From positions 1-38,520 of IMG/VR virus record IMGVR_UViG_3300022923_000035: a stretch of 38,520 bases of DNA. One strand, written 5' to 3'. The notes beneath the pieces were generated by a model that saw only the letters and a list, made by a program, of their open reading frames with translations, was not told where the DNA came from and made no database searches. The stretch comes from a virus (Duplodnaviria; Caudoviricetes). Below are positions 15,990 through 25,557 of the stretch, in pieces (position 1 is the stretch's first letter; every line of letters starts with the position of its first letter). A program made the position numbers and the translations under genes.

Positions 15990-16557
15990 TTTTCCACTGT
16001 TGTTTATTAATATAGCAAATATTATATTGTTTATCCTCTTGTGTGCCTGCACCACCAATGCCGTTATCATAAGTCATAAGATAATCAGAATTTGTATATC
16101 TTAAATTTTTTAAATGATAATTTGTTAATCTTTCTTTATGTATAGCATAATTAATATCACCATTAAACAAATCAAAGACAAGATTTTTTTTAAATTTATC
16201 TAAATATACTCCATACTCAGAACCTCTATATTTCAAATCAATCCACTGACATGAACTATACCAAGAATTTGTTTCCCAAGTGTTTAATTTTAAATTAGCT
16301 CTATGATCAGCTACACCAGTAATATATTCATAAAACACTAAAACTGGTAATTTTTTAGCTGCATATGTTCCTATTATATTATTATCCAATTTAAAAAACA
16401 AAATAAAACTATTTTTTAAATTTGTTGTACAACTAAATATATCCTTATCAACATCAAAAAAATCATCCATGGTATATGGATAATTATCTTTACCTTTTGA
16501 TAATAAAATATTTTTTAAATATTTAAAATCTGTACTAACTTCAACTTGAAAATTCAT
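15970..16557 (-). CDS. Putative GNAT-fold acyltransferase
   Basis: IIGTYA and QWIDLKYRGSEYG (acetyl-CoA-binding RGxxxG-like loop). Confidence 0.5.
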   Translation of the reverse strand: MNFQVEVSTDFKYLKNILLSKGKDNYPYTMDDFFDVDKDIFSCTTNLKNSFILFFKLDNNIIGTYAAKKLPVLVFYEYITGVADHRANLKLNTWETNSWYSSCQWIDLKYRGSEYGVYLDKFKKNLVFDLFNGDINYAIHKERLTNYHLKNLRYTNSDYLMTYDNGIGGAGTQEDKQYNICYINKQQWKNVKELY

Positions 16558-17317
16558 TTACTACCTTTTCTCTAAAAGGTTTTTTAAAAAAACCTTGAAA
16601 TATAATTTTATACTGAGGCTCTCTATTCATGTTTACTACAAAATGTTCTTTGCCTGTATTTGTCCACATCAAACATCCTTCATAAGAGGGCATAACTTTA
16701 TTATTAAAAACTGAATGACAGTATGGAATATTATTTAAACATAAATTGAAAACATTACACATATCATACGCAAACAACCCACCATCTTTTTTTAAATCAA
16801 CAGCTTCGTCTGGCACATCATTATGTTGTGTAATAATTCCACCAGGTTCTAATTTTGTGACAAAAATATAAGCAACACCTATATAAGGAAATATGTGATC
16901 TTCAAAGAATGTTTTTAATTTAGAACTAAACTGTGTCATTTCTGTCCACGTTCTTACACTATTTACATATTTTAATCTTTTTTTATATTCCCATTGATTT
17001 TTGTATAAGGCATCAAACGTTAATATTTGATTGTCACTATAACCTGTATCATTTAAAAACATAATACTTTTCCAACCACTAGCTGGTATTTTTTTAGAAT
17101 TTTTTTCTGTTCCAGGTAAATCAATATTAGATTGTTGTCTATTATATTTTTTACCTTTTTTTTTATTTCCACCATCAAATGGTTTAGACCAAAGTCTATC
17201 TGGTATCGACTTTATGTCATTTAATATAGCTTCAGTAGGCCAAGACCAAAAACTAGATAAGTCTACCCAATCATTTTTAGTTGCTATGTTGTAAAAATCT
17301 TTATTTAATTTTCTCAT
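16541..17317 (-). CDS. 2OG-Fe(II) oxygenase, Asp/Asn beta-hydroxylase-like
   Basis: KLEPGGIITQHND (HxD) and NTGKEHFVVN (distal His). Confidence 0.7.
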   Translation of the reverse strand: MRKLNKDFYNIATKNDWVDLSSFWSWPTEAILNDIKSIPDRLWSKPFDGGNKKKGKKYNRQQSNIDLPGTEKNSKKIPASGWKSIMFLNDTGYSDNQILTFDALYKNQWEYKKRLKYVNSVRTWTEMTQFSSKLKTFFEDHIFPYIGVAYIFVTKLEPGGIITQHNDVPDEAVDLKKDGGLFAYDMCNVFNLCLNNIPYCHSVFNNKVMPSYEGCLMWTNTGKEHFVVNMNREPQYKIIFQGFFKKPFREKVVNEFSS

Positions 17318-18095
17318 TTAACCATTCGTTTAGTAAAGGTACTTTTTTATTGTCTTTCATTCCAAACCACAAACTTTTAGTTTTTTTTAAATTTAGTTTT
17401 TCACAGATATTATCTGCTATGTTTCTATATTTATCGTAAAAATAATTAGGTTCAAAATGCATCAATTGTTCTGCTAAACTTATACCAGCAAGATTTACAT
17501 ATGCCTCTTTTTTATACATTTCAAAAGTACCTATTCTCTTTTTAGAAAATAAAATTCCAACTCTATGATATTGTATTCCGTACATTTTACTAAAACTAAA
17601 AGCAACATACCCAACTTTACTTAAATCATATATTTGTTTTACTCCAGATCCACCTGCCCAAGCCAAATCTATAAATGAATTTTTTGTTAAGATGTTTTTT
17701 GTATTTTCATGCTCATCTGCTGTATTGTAAAAAGGTAAACTTAAAAAGTTTGTTTTATTTTTTAAACTAATATTTGATTTAAAAAACTCTTTTGCCTGAC
17801 ACATATATCCAGGATATTCGTTAACATTTACAACAGGTCTTAAACTATGTTCTAACATAGATAACGTTATAGATTCAGATATGCCATTTGTAATATAAAC
17901 ATACTTAAAATCTTTTAAACCTTTAAATTTTATATGTCCTTTGTTTAACCATGGTACAAAATCTTCTATAAATTTATCTTGTATCTCAAATCTATTTTTT
18001 ATTAGTTTTTCATGGTCGTAAATATTGTTATAAAAATTTACTATAGTAGATTTAATTTCTGGAAACTGAATTGTATATGATGGTGTTAAATACAT
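17301..18095 (-). CDS. PLP-dependent fold-type I enzyme (compact aminotransferase-like)
   Basis: ITNGISESI, IDLAW, FSFSKMYG...RVG (Schiff-base Lys motif). Confidence 0.65.
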   Translation of the reverse strand: MYLTPSYTIQFPEIKSTIVNFYNNIYDHEKLIKNRFEIQDKFIEDFVPWLNKGHIKFKGLKDFKYVYITNGISESITLSMLEHSLRPVVNVNEYPGYMCQAKEFFKSNISLKNKTNFLSLPFYNTADEHENTKNILTKNSFIDLAWAGGSGVKQIYDLSKVGYVAFSFSKMYGIQYHRVGILFSKKRIGTFEMYKKEAYVNLAGISLAEQLMHFEPNYFYDKYRNIADNICEKLNLKKTKSLWFGMKDNKKVPLLNEWLNEKIK

Positions 18096-19171
18096 CTTTC
18101 AATACTTTCTTCAAATTGCTTGTGTTCTTTAAATATAAATGGTAAACAAAATACGGCCGTTGTTATATTTTCTGAACCATCTTCAAGTATGTAACCTTCT
18201 TTTCTCATTTTTTTAATGAATGTTAGTGACTGTTTAGATGTTTCAAAATCAATAGCTCCCATACATCCATATTGTCGTGTGGCAGATTTTATTTGAATAT
18301 GATCTAAATTTGTTTTTTTAATTTGATTTAGAGTTTCTAAAGCAACAGCACTACCTATTGGGTGACCAGAATATGTAAATCCATGATTAAACATTTTAAT
18401 TGACTTTTCTATTCGTTCATTTATTAAACAAGCACCCATAGGAAAATATCCATTTGTTATTGCTTTTCCTAAAACTAAAATATCTGGTTGAAAATTAAAC
18501 TTTTCAAAAGCAAACATTGTACCTAATTTACCAAATCCCGTAACCGTTTCATCAAGTATTACTACACCACCTTTTTGTTGATACTCTTTCAATACTGTCC
18601 ACACTTCATTTTCCCAACTATAAACACCACCTGCACCAACAATAGGTTCTATTATAACAAATGACATATCAAATAGACCATTTGTTACTTCAAATAATTC
18701 CTCACTATTTTTGAATTTATACACACTTAAAGGATTTGAAATATTCCAAAATTTATTAATTTGTTGATCACTTGCGTTAGCACTTAATATTGTTGATCCA
18801 TGATAACTATTTTTACCACACACAGCAACTGGTTTTTGTGCAAGTTTTATAGCAGTTTCTACAGCTGCACTACCACTGTTTGTGAAATAAACTTTTTTCA
18901 TATTTGTTATTTCACATATCTGTTGAGCATATGTTTCAGTAACTTGACTATGATATCCTGAAAAATTACTTGTATAAGGTAGTTTTTTTGTTTGCGTTAT
19001 AAGAGCAGATTTTATACTTTCATTTGAATATCCTAATGGTACATTCCACAATCCTGACATTGTGTCTATATACTTTTTACCATCTGTGGTGTAAAGTGTA
19101 TAATTTTCTGCGTGAGATATTTGTTCTGCTGATGAATTAATCTTTTTAAAACTTAAAATTTCTGACGACAT
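18086..19171 (-). CDS. Class III aminotransferase
   Basis: DTMSGLWNVPLGY, FTNSGSAAVETAIKLA, SYHGST, DETVTGFGKLG, PDILVLGKAITNGYFP; start MSSEI with GAGG SD. Confidence 0.9.
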   Translation of the reverse strand: MSSEILSFKKINSSAEQISHAENYTLYTTDGKKYIDTMSGLWNVPLGYSNESIKSALITQTKKLPYTSNFSGYHSQVTETYAQQICEITNMKKVYFTNSGSAAVETAIKLAQKPVAVCGKNSYHGSTILSANASDQQINKFWNISNPLSVYKFKNSEELFEVTNGLFDMSFVIIEPIVGAGGVYSWENEVWTVLKEYQQKGGVVILDETVTGFGKLGTMFAFEKFNFQPDILVLGKAITNGYFPMGACLINERIEKSIKMFNHGFTYSGHPIGSAVALETLNQIKKTNLDHIQIKSATRQYGCMGAIDFETSKQSLTFIKKMRKEGYILEDGSENITTAVFCLPFIFKEHKQFEESIERCI

Positions 19172-19599
19172 AATAACCAAACCTCATACCCATTATTTAA
19201 TTTTACTTTATCTTGCTCAACATAACCTAATCTTTGGTTAAATTTTAAATATTTATCACTACACATAGACCAGTTTTTTGTCCACTGGTTTGTAGTCACG
19301 TCTGTTAATGCTCTTGCTAATTTTATACCTGCACCTGGAGTTTTTTTATCTGAAATTAAAAATCCATCATACATTTCATTATCAACTATAGTATACCAAT
19401 ATATAGCTTTTAAGTCATTATCAAAAATGCCTAACCAGTTATCTTTTCCTTTATAGAATTTTTTAATCCAAGGCCATTTTTTTGAAGCAAGTAATAAATG
19501 TTTTTTCCATTCAAAAAAATCTGCATGCCAAGTATCTACAAGATTTTGTTGTTTAAGCCAACTATCAACTTCTATATAATCAATATTTTTTATAATCAC
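19153..19599 (-). CDS. Putative GNAT-fold protein
   Basis: PGAGIKLARAL and LKFNQRLGY resemble GNAT motifs A and B. Confidence 0.5.
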   Translation of the reverse strand: MIIKNIDYIEVDSWLKQQNLVDTWHADFFEWKKHLLLASKKWPWIKKFYKGKDNWLGIFDNDLKAIYWYTIVDNEMYDGFLISDKKTPGAGIKLARALTDVTTNQWTKNWSMCSDKYLKFNQRLGYVEQDKVKLNNGYEVWLLCRQKF

Positions 19600-19889
19600 T
19601 CAATATCTTCTAAACTAAAAGAAATTAAATTTGTTTCATTATGTGAGTTTCTTAAATTATTGTTTTCAATTGCTCGATCATCATTTACGAAATTGATATA
19701 ATCATCTAAGGTTGTCCATTCTGCAAGGGTTGATCTAGTTAAACCATCTTCAGAAATGGTTGTAATAGTTTCTTTCATTTTACCTGCATTTATAAACTCA
19801 GTTTTTAATGTTCCAAATGATTCGGTTGGTTCGTAAAAAACTACATCTACCGATGGTCTTTGTTGTATAAGTTTTATTTTTTTTGTCAT
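19596..19889 (-). CDS. Hypothetical 97-aa protein heading a late operon
   Basis: No catalytic motif recognised; ATG 5 nt after TATAAATA; ATGA overlap with the next gene. Confidence 0.6.
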   Translation of the reverse strand: MTKKIKLIQQRPSVDVVFYEPTESFGTLKTEFINAGKMKETITTISEDGLTRSTLAEWTTLDDYINFVNDDRAIENNNLRNSHNETNLISFSLEDIE

Positions 19890-19894
19890 AGTAT

Positions 19895-19902
19895 TATTTA
19901 TA
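19895..19902 (-). promoter_or_regulatory. T4-type late promoter, 5 nt before ATG
   Basis: TATAAATA-ATACT-ATG, overlapping the upstream stop codon. Confidence 0.65.
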
Positions 19903-20347
19903 TAACTCCTACTAGGTGCACTCTATCCTGATTAGATGCATTTAAAGCTGTATGATATTGTGTAGTATCTACAACATAATAGTTTCCATCAGCTGGATAA
20001 TGTTTTACTTCATTATTTATAATCATAAAACAATCTTTATTTGTTTCAACAGGTATGTGTATTCTTTTTGATAAGTCTTTATGATAAGTATAACATGTTT
20101 TTGATTTTAAATTCATTACTCTTGTACGATACATTTTTAAATCTGATAAAATACTGTTAACATAAGGTAGATCAAAAATAAATGTGTTAAAATCTGTTTC
20201 TTTATATCCCATTTCATATTTCTCATTCCATTTACCTACACCCCAAAATGGATCTAAATTATCTTTAGTACCTTGAAGACAAATTTGTTCGTCAAACTTA
20301 GGCAGTAATTTTAATTCACTTTTTATTTTTTCTATATCTATGTTCAT
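19898..20347 (-). CDS. 2OG-Fe(II) oxygenase, Asp/Asn beta-hydroxylase-like
   Basis: RVMNLKSKTCYTYHKD, RIHIPVETN, DTTQYHTALNASNQDRVHLV. Confidence 0.8.
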   Translation of the reverse strand: MNIDIEKIKSELKLLPKFDEQICLQGTKDNLDPFWGVGKWNEKYEMGYKETDFNTFIFDLPYVNSILSDLKMYRTRVMNLKSKTCYTYHKDLSKRIHIPVETNKDCFMIINNEVKHYPADGNYYVVDTTQYHTALNASNQDRVHLVGVI

Positions 20348-20979
20348 TTTAAATATTTTCTTTCATATAAACTTTCATAATTATCGGGTAAAATTTCATC
20401 TTCAAAAGACAAATAGTATTTTTTATATTTTTTATAAGACCTATTAAGAACTTTCATATATTCCAAATCATCAGCTTCAGGTTCCCATGGAGCGCCTAAA
20501 GCAAAAGTATATTTTGTCTTATCAAACGTATTGAACATTCCATGTGGCCATTTACCACTTATAATGTAAGGTTTATTTATTTTTGGCACATATTTTTTTC
20601 CCGTTTTAGATATAAAATAGAGAGAATCAACATTACCCCTAAAAACAAATCTAAATTTATGTTGCCATGTTTTAAATTTTTCAGGAGAACAATCTATATG
20701 TGGAGCATTATGATTATTTGCTTGTGTTGTAATTATCATTATTCTACTTTTTTTAGCCCACGTAAACAAATACTTTTCACACCATTCTATCAATTCAGGC
20801 ATCAATAATGCTATATCACTCCATTTTCCATCACGTGTCATTATAGGAATGTGATGACAAGTTCTATATTCATCAACAATCATTTGATCATAAGATATGC
20901 TGTCTAACACACTTAAAACATTTGGAGGGTTGGGAATGTCTATTGGTAAAAATTGCAGTTTTGAAAAATCTATGGACAT
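20344..20979 (-). CDS. Cupin/2OG-Fe(II) oxygenase-like protein
   Basis: APHIDC (HxD) and WPHGMFN (distal His). Confidence 0.6.
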   Translation of the reverse strand: MSIDFSKLQFLPIDIPNPPNVLSVLDSISYDQMIVDEYRTCHHIPIMTRDGKWSDIALLMPELIEWCEKYLFTWAKKSRIMIITTQANNHNAPHIDCSPEKFKTWQHKFRFVFRGNVDSLYFISKTGKKYVPKINKPYIISGKWPHGMFNTFDKTKYTFALGAPWEPEADDLEYMKVLNRSYKKYKKYYLSFEDEILPDNYESLYERKYLK

Positions 20980-21398
20980 ACTGTAACTTCTTTTACTCTA
21001 TGTGGTTGATTAAGTACCCAATCTATTACAGATATACAATACTCAATTGACATTTTCTTTTTATCTATATGTGCTACTCTAGGAGAATCAAAATATCCAA
21101 ATCTAACTATTGTTGTATTAATTCCTTGATAGAATAACTGATGATTTGCTTTATCTAGTGCTGATTTCTCAACAGCGTAAATATGTTTGACTTTTTTTGT
21201 TTCATCAGGAGAATTAGATCCAATATTGATAATTCTTTTATTTAATTCTGCAGCCTGATATAATAATTTAACTTGTTCAAATCCATTGTGTTTACAGTTT
21301 ATAAAAACATCACAATCTTGTAAACTATCAACTGTATTGTATTTTTCACGTAACATTTTTCCAAGGCCTCTACGAGTGCCAGTTATATAAAATTTCAT
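20970..21398 (-). CDS. Minimal short-chain dehydrogenase/reductase
   Basis: MKFYITGTRRGLG Rossmann motif, IINIGS, YAVEK (YxxxK); start corrected to 21398. Confidence 0.8.
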   Translation of the reverse strand: MKFYITGTRRGLGKMLREKYNTVDSLQDCDVFINCKHNGFEQVKLLYQAAELNKRIINIGSNSPDETKKVKHIYAVEKSALDKANHQLFYQGINTTIVRFGYFDSPRVAHIDKKKMSIEYCISVIDWVLNQPHRVKEVTVCP

Positions 21399-21412
21399 AT
21401 GTATATTTAGTT

Positions 21413-21420
21413 TATAAATA
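21413..21420 (+). promoter_or_regulatory. T4-type late promoter, 5 nt before ATG
   Basis: TATAAATA-ACTGT-ATG. Confidence 0.7.
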
Positions 21421-21425
21421 ACTGT

Positions 21426-22043
21426 ATGACATTGGCAGAAATATACAAAAAAAGAAAACAAACCACAAAATATGACCAAGAAAATTATCCTGATATGGAT
21501 ACTGTTAAAAAAATATTAACAGAAACTTTTAAAATTACAGCTTCAAAGCAAAATCTATATCCATACAAAGTACACGTTTTAGGTCCAAATCATAAAAATA
21601 TTAAAAAAGACTTATATGATGTAATATGTCACCAATCAGGAGGTTTCAATAATATTAATATACTCCAAGCCCCATATTGTTTAATATTTACAACAAGGTG
21701 GGTAAATAATCCTGATCCTGTTATATATGATAGAATGAAAAGAGGACATACATATACCGTTTGTGATCTTAAATTATACAATAGTGCAAAAGCAGCAACT
21801 TGTGTAGAAATAGGAATGTTTAGTAAGATATTAACAGGCTTGTGTTTAGAAAAAAATATAAATGTTTCATATACATTATGCTTTCCAGATTATGAAAAAC
21901 ACAAAGATTTATGGAAAAAATTATCATTTATAAAAGATCCTGTACTTTTTAGTATGCAATTAGGATATAGAACTGGATTAGTAAACTATAATAAAGAAAA
22001 AAAACCTCACATTGATGATGTAATAAGTTGGATAAAAGATTGA
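21426..22043 (+). CDS. Nitroreductase-like flavoprotein
   Basis: KKRKQTTKY, TASKQNLYPYKVHV, QAPYCLIF, EIGMFS, MQLGY. Confidence 0.7.
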   Translation: MTLAEIYKKRKQTTKYDQENYPDMDTVKKILTETFKITASKQNLYPYKVHVLGPNHKNIKKDLYDVICHQSGGFNNINILQAPYCLIFTTRWVNNPDPVIYDRMKRGHTYTVCDLKLYNSAKAATCVEIGMFSKILTGLCLEKNINVSYTLCFPDYEKHKDLWKKLSFIKDPVLFSMQLGYRTGLVNYNKEKKPHIDDVISWIKD

Positions 22044-22068
22044 CTTTTATATAAAAATCTGTTATAAT
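22040..22068 (+). promoter_or_regulatory. Sigma70-type early promoter
   Basis: TTGACT (22040-45), 17-nt spacer, TATAAT (22063-68) with extended TG; ATG 5 nt downstream. Confidence 0.8.
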
Positions 22069-22073
22069 ATAGT

Positions 22074-22937
22074 ATGTTAATTAATATTGTTTGTACAAGT
22101 AAACCTGGTGATGGCCTTTTACATTACAGCTATGAACATTGTAGTTACTTAAATTCAATCGGTCTTAAATGCCAATTAGTTATTATTACTCACAAGAATT
22201 TTAATAAAGAAGATTACACTAACTCTATTAAAGAGTCGTATATAACATACGAAAATGTAATATTTGATGAATACACACCCACATCAAATGACATAACATT
22301 AATAATGGGTAGAAGTATGTTAACTTTAGCATATTTAAATAGAGATCATTATAGTACAGATCAATTATTATCGTTAAGATTACTTTTTAAAAATAATCTC
22401 GTTTCAGTTTATTCTGAAAATCATCCTAAAGAATATCTAATAGCATTAAAATACTTTACTCCTAAAAAAGTTTTTGATCTATGTGATTATGATGTATATC
22501 CAAATGGTGTAGGCAAACATTTTGAGAAAATGATTAACTTTGATATATATAAACCTATAAAACAAGACATACAATTTGATTATTTATTTTTAGGCACTAA
22601 TAAAATCTATTATAAAGAAATAGAAAAGGTCATAAGTAATTACAAATCTCACGGTATAATAACTTATGATGAAAGCTACATTAATAAAGATTATAATAAT
22701 ATATTTGTTCCCGTCAAAAATCTTCTAGGAATATTTAATACATACGTTTACACAAAACCTTATTTTGATCCCGCTCCTAGAATAATACAAGAGTGTAAAT
22801 GGTTAAGAAAAAAAATAATTTATTTAAGAGATAAAAATATAAAAGATGGTGGTTCTGTTTACTTTAAGAGACCTGTACCTACAAAACAAATGTATTCAAA
22901 TAATATAAGTATATTAATAGAGGAATTAAAATTATGA
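22074..22937 (+). CDS. Hypothetical protein, possibly a GT-B-like glycosyltransferase
   Basis: KPGDGLLHYSYE and YVYTKPYFDPAPRIIQECKW; first gene of a sugar-modifying operon. Confidence 0.45.
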   Translation: MLINIVCTSKPGDGLLHYSYEHCSYLNSIGLKCQLVIITHKNFNKEDYTNSIKESYITYENVIFDEYTPTSNDITLIMGRSMLTLAYLNRDHYSTDQLLSLRLLFKNNLVSVYSENHPKEYLIALKYFTPKKVFDLCDYDVYPNGVGKHFEKMINFDIYKPIKQDIQFDYLFLGTNKIYYKEIEKVISNYKSHGIITYDESYINKDYNNIFVPVKNLLGIFNTYVYTKPYFDPAPRIIQECKWLRKKIIYLRDKNIKDGGSVYFKRPVPTKQMYSNNISILIEELKL

Positions 22938-23878
22938 AAATATTAATTACAGGTGGTTTGGGATTTATTGGATCTAAACTAGTTGAAGTGTTAAGTGTAA
23001 ACAATTCAGTAATAGTTTTAGATAATAAAGACACTTACGGCCTACTGAATAAAGAAGAAGAAAACTTATTATATAAACAAAGAACAAAAAATTGGATCAA
23101 CAAAAATATACAAGTTATTAATGGAGATATTTTAGACCATAAATCTTGTTTAGAGGCCTTTGAACATAGTCCTGATATTGTTATACATCTGGCAGCATAT
23201 CCTAGAGCATCTATAGTTGATAATAATCCTATTTTAGGTGTACCTAAACTTATAAGTGGTACAACAAACATACTTTATAATTGTGGTTTATTTAATGTGA
23301 AAAAAATAATTTATACAAGTAGTAGTATGGTGTATGGTAATTTTACCGATGGTATAAAAGAAGATGCAAATACAAAACCTACAAACATTTATGGTGAAGC
23401 AAAACTAACAGGTGAAAGACTAACTAAACTTTTTGCTAAAAAAAATAATATGTCTTACATCATTATAAGACCAAGTGCTGTTTATGGATTAAATGATTTA
23501 CCTGATAGAGTTGTTCCTAAGTTTTTTAAGAAAGCAATTAATAATCAGACTATTACATTACATAATGGAAAAAATAAAGCAGATTTTACTTTTAGAGATG
23601 ATGTTGTTGATGGCCTTATAAAAGCTGCATTTTCGGACGTAAAAAATGAAAGTTTTAACTTAACCGCTGGACAAGCATTTTCTTTAAGAACATTATCAGA
23701 AAAAGTAAAAGATATAACTGGAAGTAAATCTAAAGTTGAAGATGTAGGTAGTCACAATTTATATCCAACAAGAGGAACATTAGACATATCAAAAGCAAAA
23801 GATATGTTAAACTATATTCCAAAAATAACTTTTGATATTGGATTAAAAAAATATTATGAGTCGATCACAAAATATTAA
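22934..23878 (+). CDS. NAD-dependent nucleotide-sugar epimerase/dehydratase
   Basis: ITGGLGFIG, HLAA, SSSMVYG, YGEAK, RPSAVYG. Confidence 0.92.
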   Translation: MKILITGGLGFIGSKLVEVLSVNNSVIVLDNKDTYGLLNKEEENLLYKQRTKNWINKNIQVINGDILDHKSCLEAFEHSPDIVIHLAAYPRASIVDNNPILGVPKLISGTTNILYNCGLFNVKKIIYTSSSMVYGNFTDGIKEDANTKPTNIYGEAKLTGERLTKLFAKKNNMSYIIIRPSAVYGLNDLPDRVVPKFFKKAINNQTITLHNGKNKADFTFRDDVVDGLIKAAFSDVKNESFNLTAGQAFSLRTLSEKVKDITGSKSKVEDVGSHNLYPTRGTLDISKAKDMLNYIPKITFDIGLKKYYESITKY

Positions 23879-24962
23879 TATTCCTTTTACAGATTTATAT
23901 TCACAATATAAAGAATTAAAAAAAGATATTGATAATTCTATAACAGAAATTATTACTAATTCAGATTTTTTAACAGGCAAAACTGTAGAGAAATTTGAAC
24001 AATCAATTTGCAATTACACAAAATCAAAATCTTGTGCTTCTGTATCTTCAGGCACTATGGCATTAATCTGTGCTTTAAGGGCATTAAACATTGGTAAAAA
24101 TGATAAAGTTATTACTGTAGGACATACATTTATATCCACTACTGAATCTATTTTAAGTGTCGGTGCAAAACCAATTTTTGTAGATATAGACAAATATTTT
24201 CATTTAGATATTAAAAAACTAAAGTATTATAAAAATACTAAAGCAATTTTATTTGTAGATTTATATGGTCAAACACCAGATATAGATAAACTAAAGAGAT
24301 TTGCAAAAAAACATAATTTATATTTAATAGAAGATGCAGCTCAAAGTTTTGGATCTAGTTATAAAGGAAAAAAAGTAGGAAACCTTGTTGATCTAACTTG
24401 TTTTAGTTTTAATCCAATAAAAAACTTAGGTGCAATGGGAGATGCTGGTGCTGTTACAGGCAGAAAAAAATTAATTAATAAAGTAAAGATGTTTAGAGAT
24501 CATGGAAGACATAATTCAATGTATAAAGAAATAGGTTATCAAGGTCGTATTGACAATATACAAGCTGTTATTATTGAAAACAAATTAAAAAAACTAGATC
24601 AGTGGATTGAAAAAAAAATTAAAATATGTAGAAGATATACAAAATACTTAAAACATATTGTTAAAACACCTGAAGAAACAAGTTGGAGTAAACACACTTA
24701 TTATGCCTATGTAATCGAAACTCCTATTAATACTAGAAATAAGTTAAAAAAATATCTTTTGAATAATGGTATATCTACAAATATTAATTATAGAGAACCT
24801 ACACATCTTTTTAACTCGAGCATAAAATTACCTAAGACAGAATATGTTTGTAATAATATTTTAAGTTTACCATGCTATCATAGTCTAACAATTAATCAAC
24901 AAGACTACATAATAAACAAAATAAAAGAATTTTACATAAATGAAAAAAATATTACTAGTTAG
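23856..24962 (+). CDS. DegT/DnrJ/EryC1/StrS sugar aminotransferase
   Basis: SSGTMAL, IEDAAQSFG, FSFNPIKNLGAMGDAG, LSLPC. Confidence 0.93.
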   Translation: MSRSQNINIPFTDLYSQYKELKKDIDNSITEIITNSDFLTGKTVEKFEQSICNYTKSKSCASVSSGTMALICALRALNIGKNDKVITVGHTFISTTESILSVGAKPIFVDIDKYFHLDIKKLKYYKNTKAILFVDLYGQTPDIDKLKRFAKKHNLYLIEDAAQSFGSSYKGKKVGNLVDLTCFSFNPIKNLGAMGDAGAVTGRKKLINKVKMFRDHGRHNSMYKEIGYQGRIDNIQAVIIENKLKKLDQWIEKKIKICRRYTKYLKHIVKTPEETSWSKHTYYAYVIETPINTRNKLKKYLLNNGISTNINYREPTHLFNSSIKLPKTEYVCNNILSLPCYHSLTINQQDYIINKIKEFYINEKNITS

Positions 24963-25557
24963 TGGTTGCAGTTGGAGTTATAAAAAATTTAATTCCATTT
25001 TTCATCCTAATATGGATTGTTCTTGGCCTAAATGGCCCGAAATATTAGCAAATAAACTCAATATGGATTGTGTTAATTTGAGTTATAGTGGCTCAGGACA
25101 AGAATATATTTTTTCTACGTTAATTGAATATTTGTCAAACAATATGAAAAATATAGGACTAGTTATACCAGCCTGGTCTAGAGCACCAAGACGTGACTAT
25201 CAAACTAACAATATATGGACAAATTTAAGAAATGATGATAGAGGAGACTCAAAGTATTATACTTGTAGAAGTCTAAGATATTTTTACATGTTTCAAATTT
25301 TTTGTGAAAGATATGATTTACCATATAAACAAGTACAAATGATAAGTGGTTTAGATTTAAAAACATTATTAACCAATTCAATTTCTAAAAAAATTGATGA
25401 AAAAAGATTTATTGGTTGGCCGATTGAAAAAGGTATAGGAGGTTATTCTATTCATAATAAACTAGATCAAAATACTCATTTTATATCTGAACAAGACAGA
25501 CATCCAAATGCTGAAGGACAAAAAATAATAGCTGATTTAATTTATGAAAATTTATAG
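24940..25557 (+). CDS. SGNH/GDSL-like hydrolase or acyltransferase
   Basis: VSGCSW, NLSYSGSG, DRHPNAEGQ (DxH). Confidence 0.7.
   Translation: MKKILLVSGCSWSYKKFNSIFHPNMDCSWPKWPEILANKLNMDCVNLSYSGSGQEYIFSTLIEYLSNNMKNIGLVIPAWSRAPRRDYQTNNIWTNLRNDDRGDSKYYTCRSLRYFYMFQIFCERYDLPYKQVQMISGLDLKTLLTNSISKKIDEKRFIGWPIEKGIGGYSIHNKLDQNTHFISEQDRHPNAEGQKIIADLIYENL

Noticed and set aside
21399-21479. N-terminal extension of the SDR in the ORF track (also extended starts at 16070, 19180, 29218, 34771)
   Set aside because: They overlap neighbouring genes; downstream ATGs fit motif starts and SD/overlap patterns better
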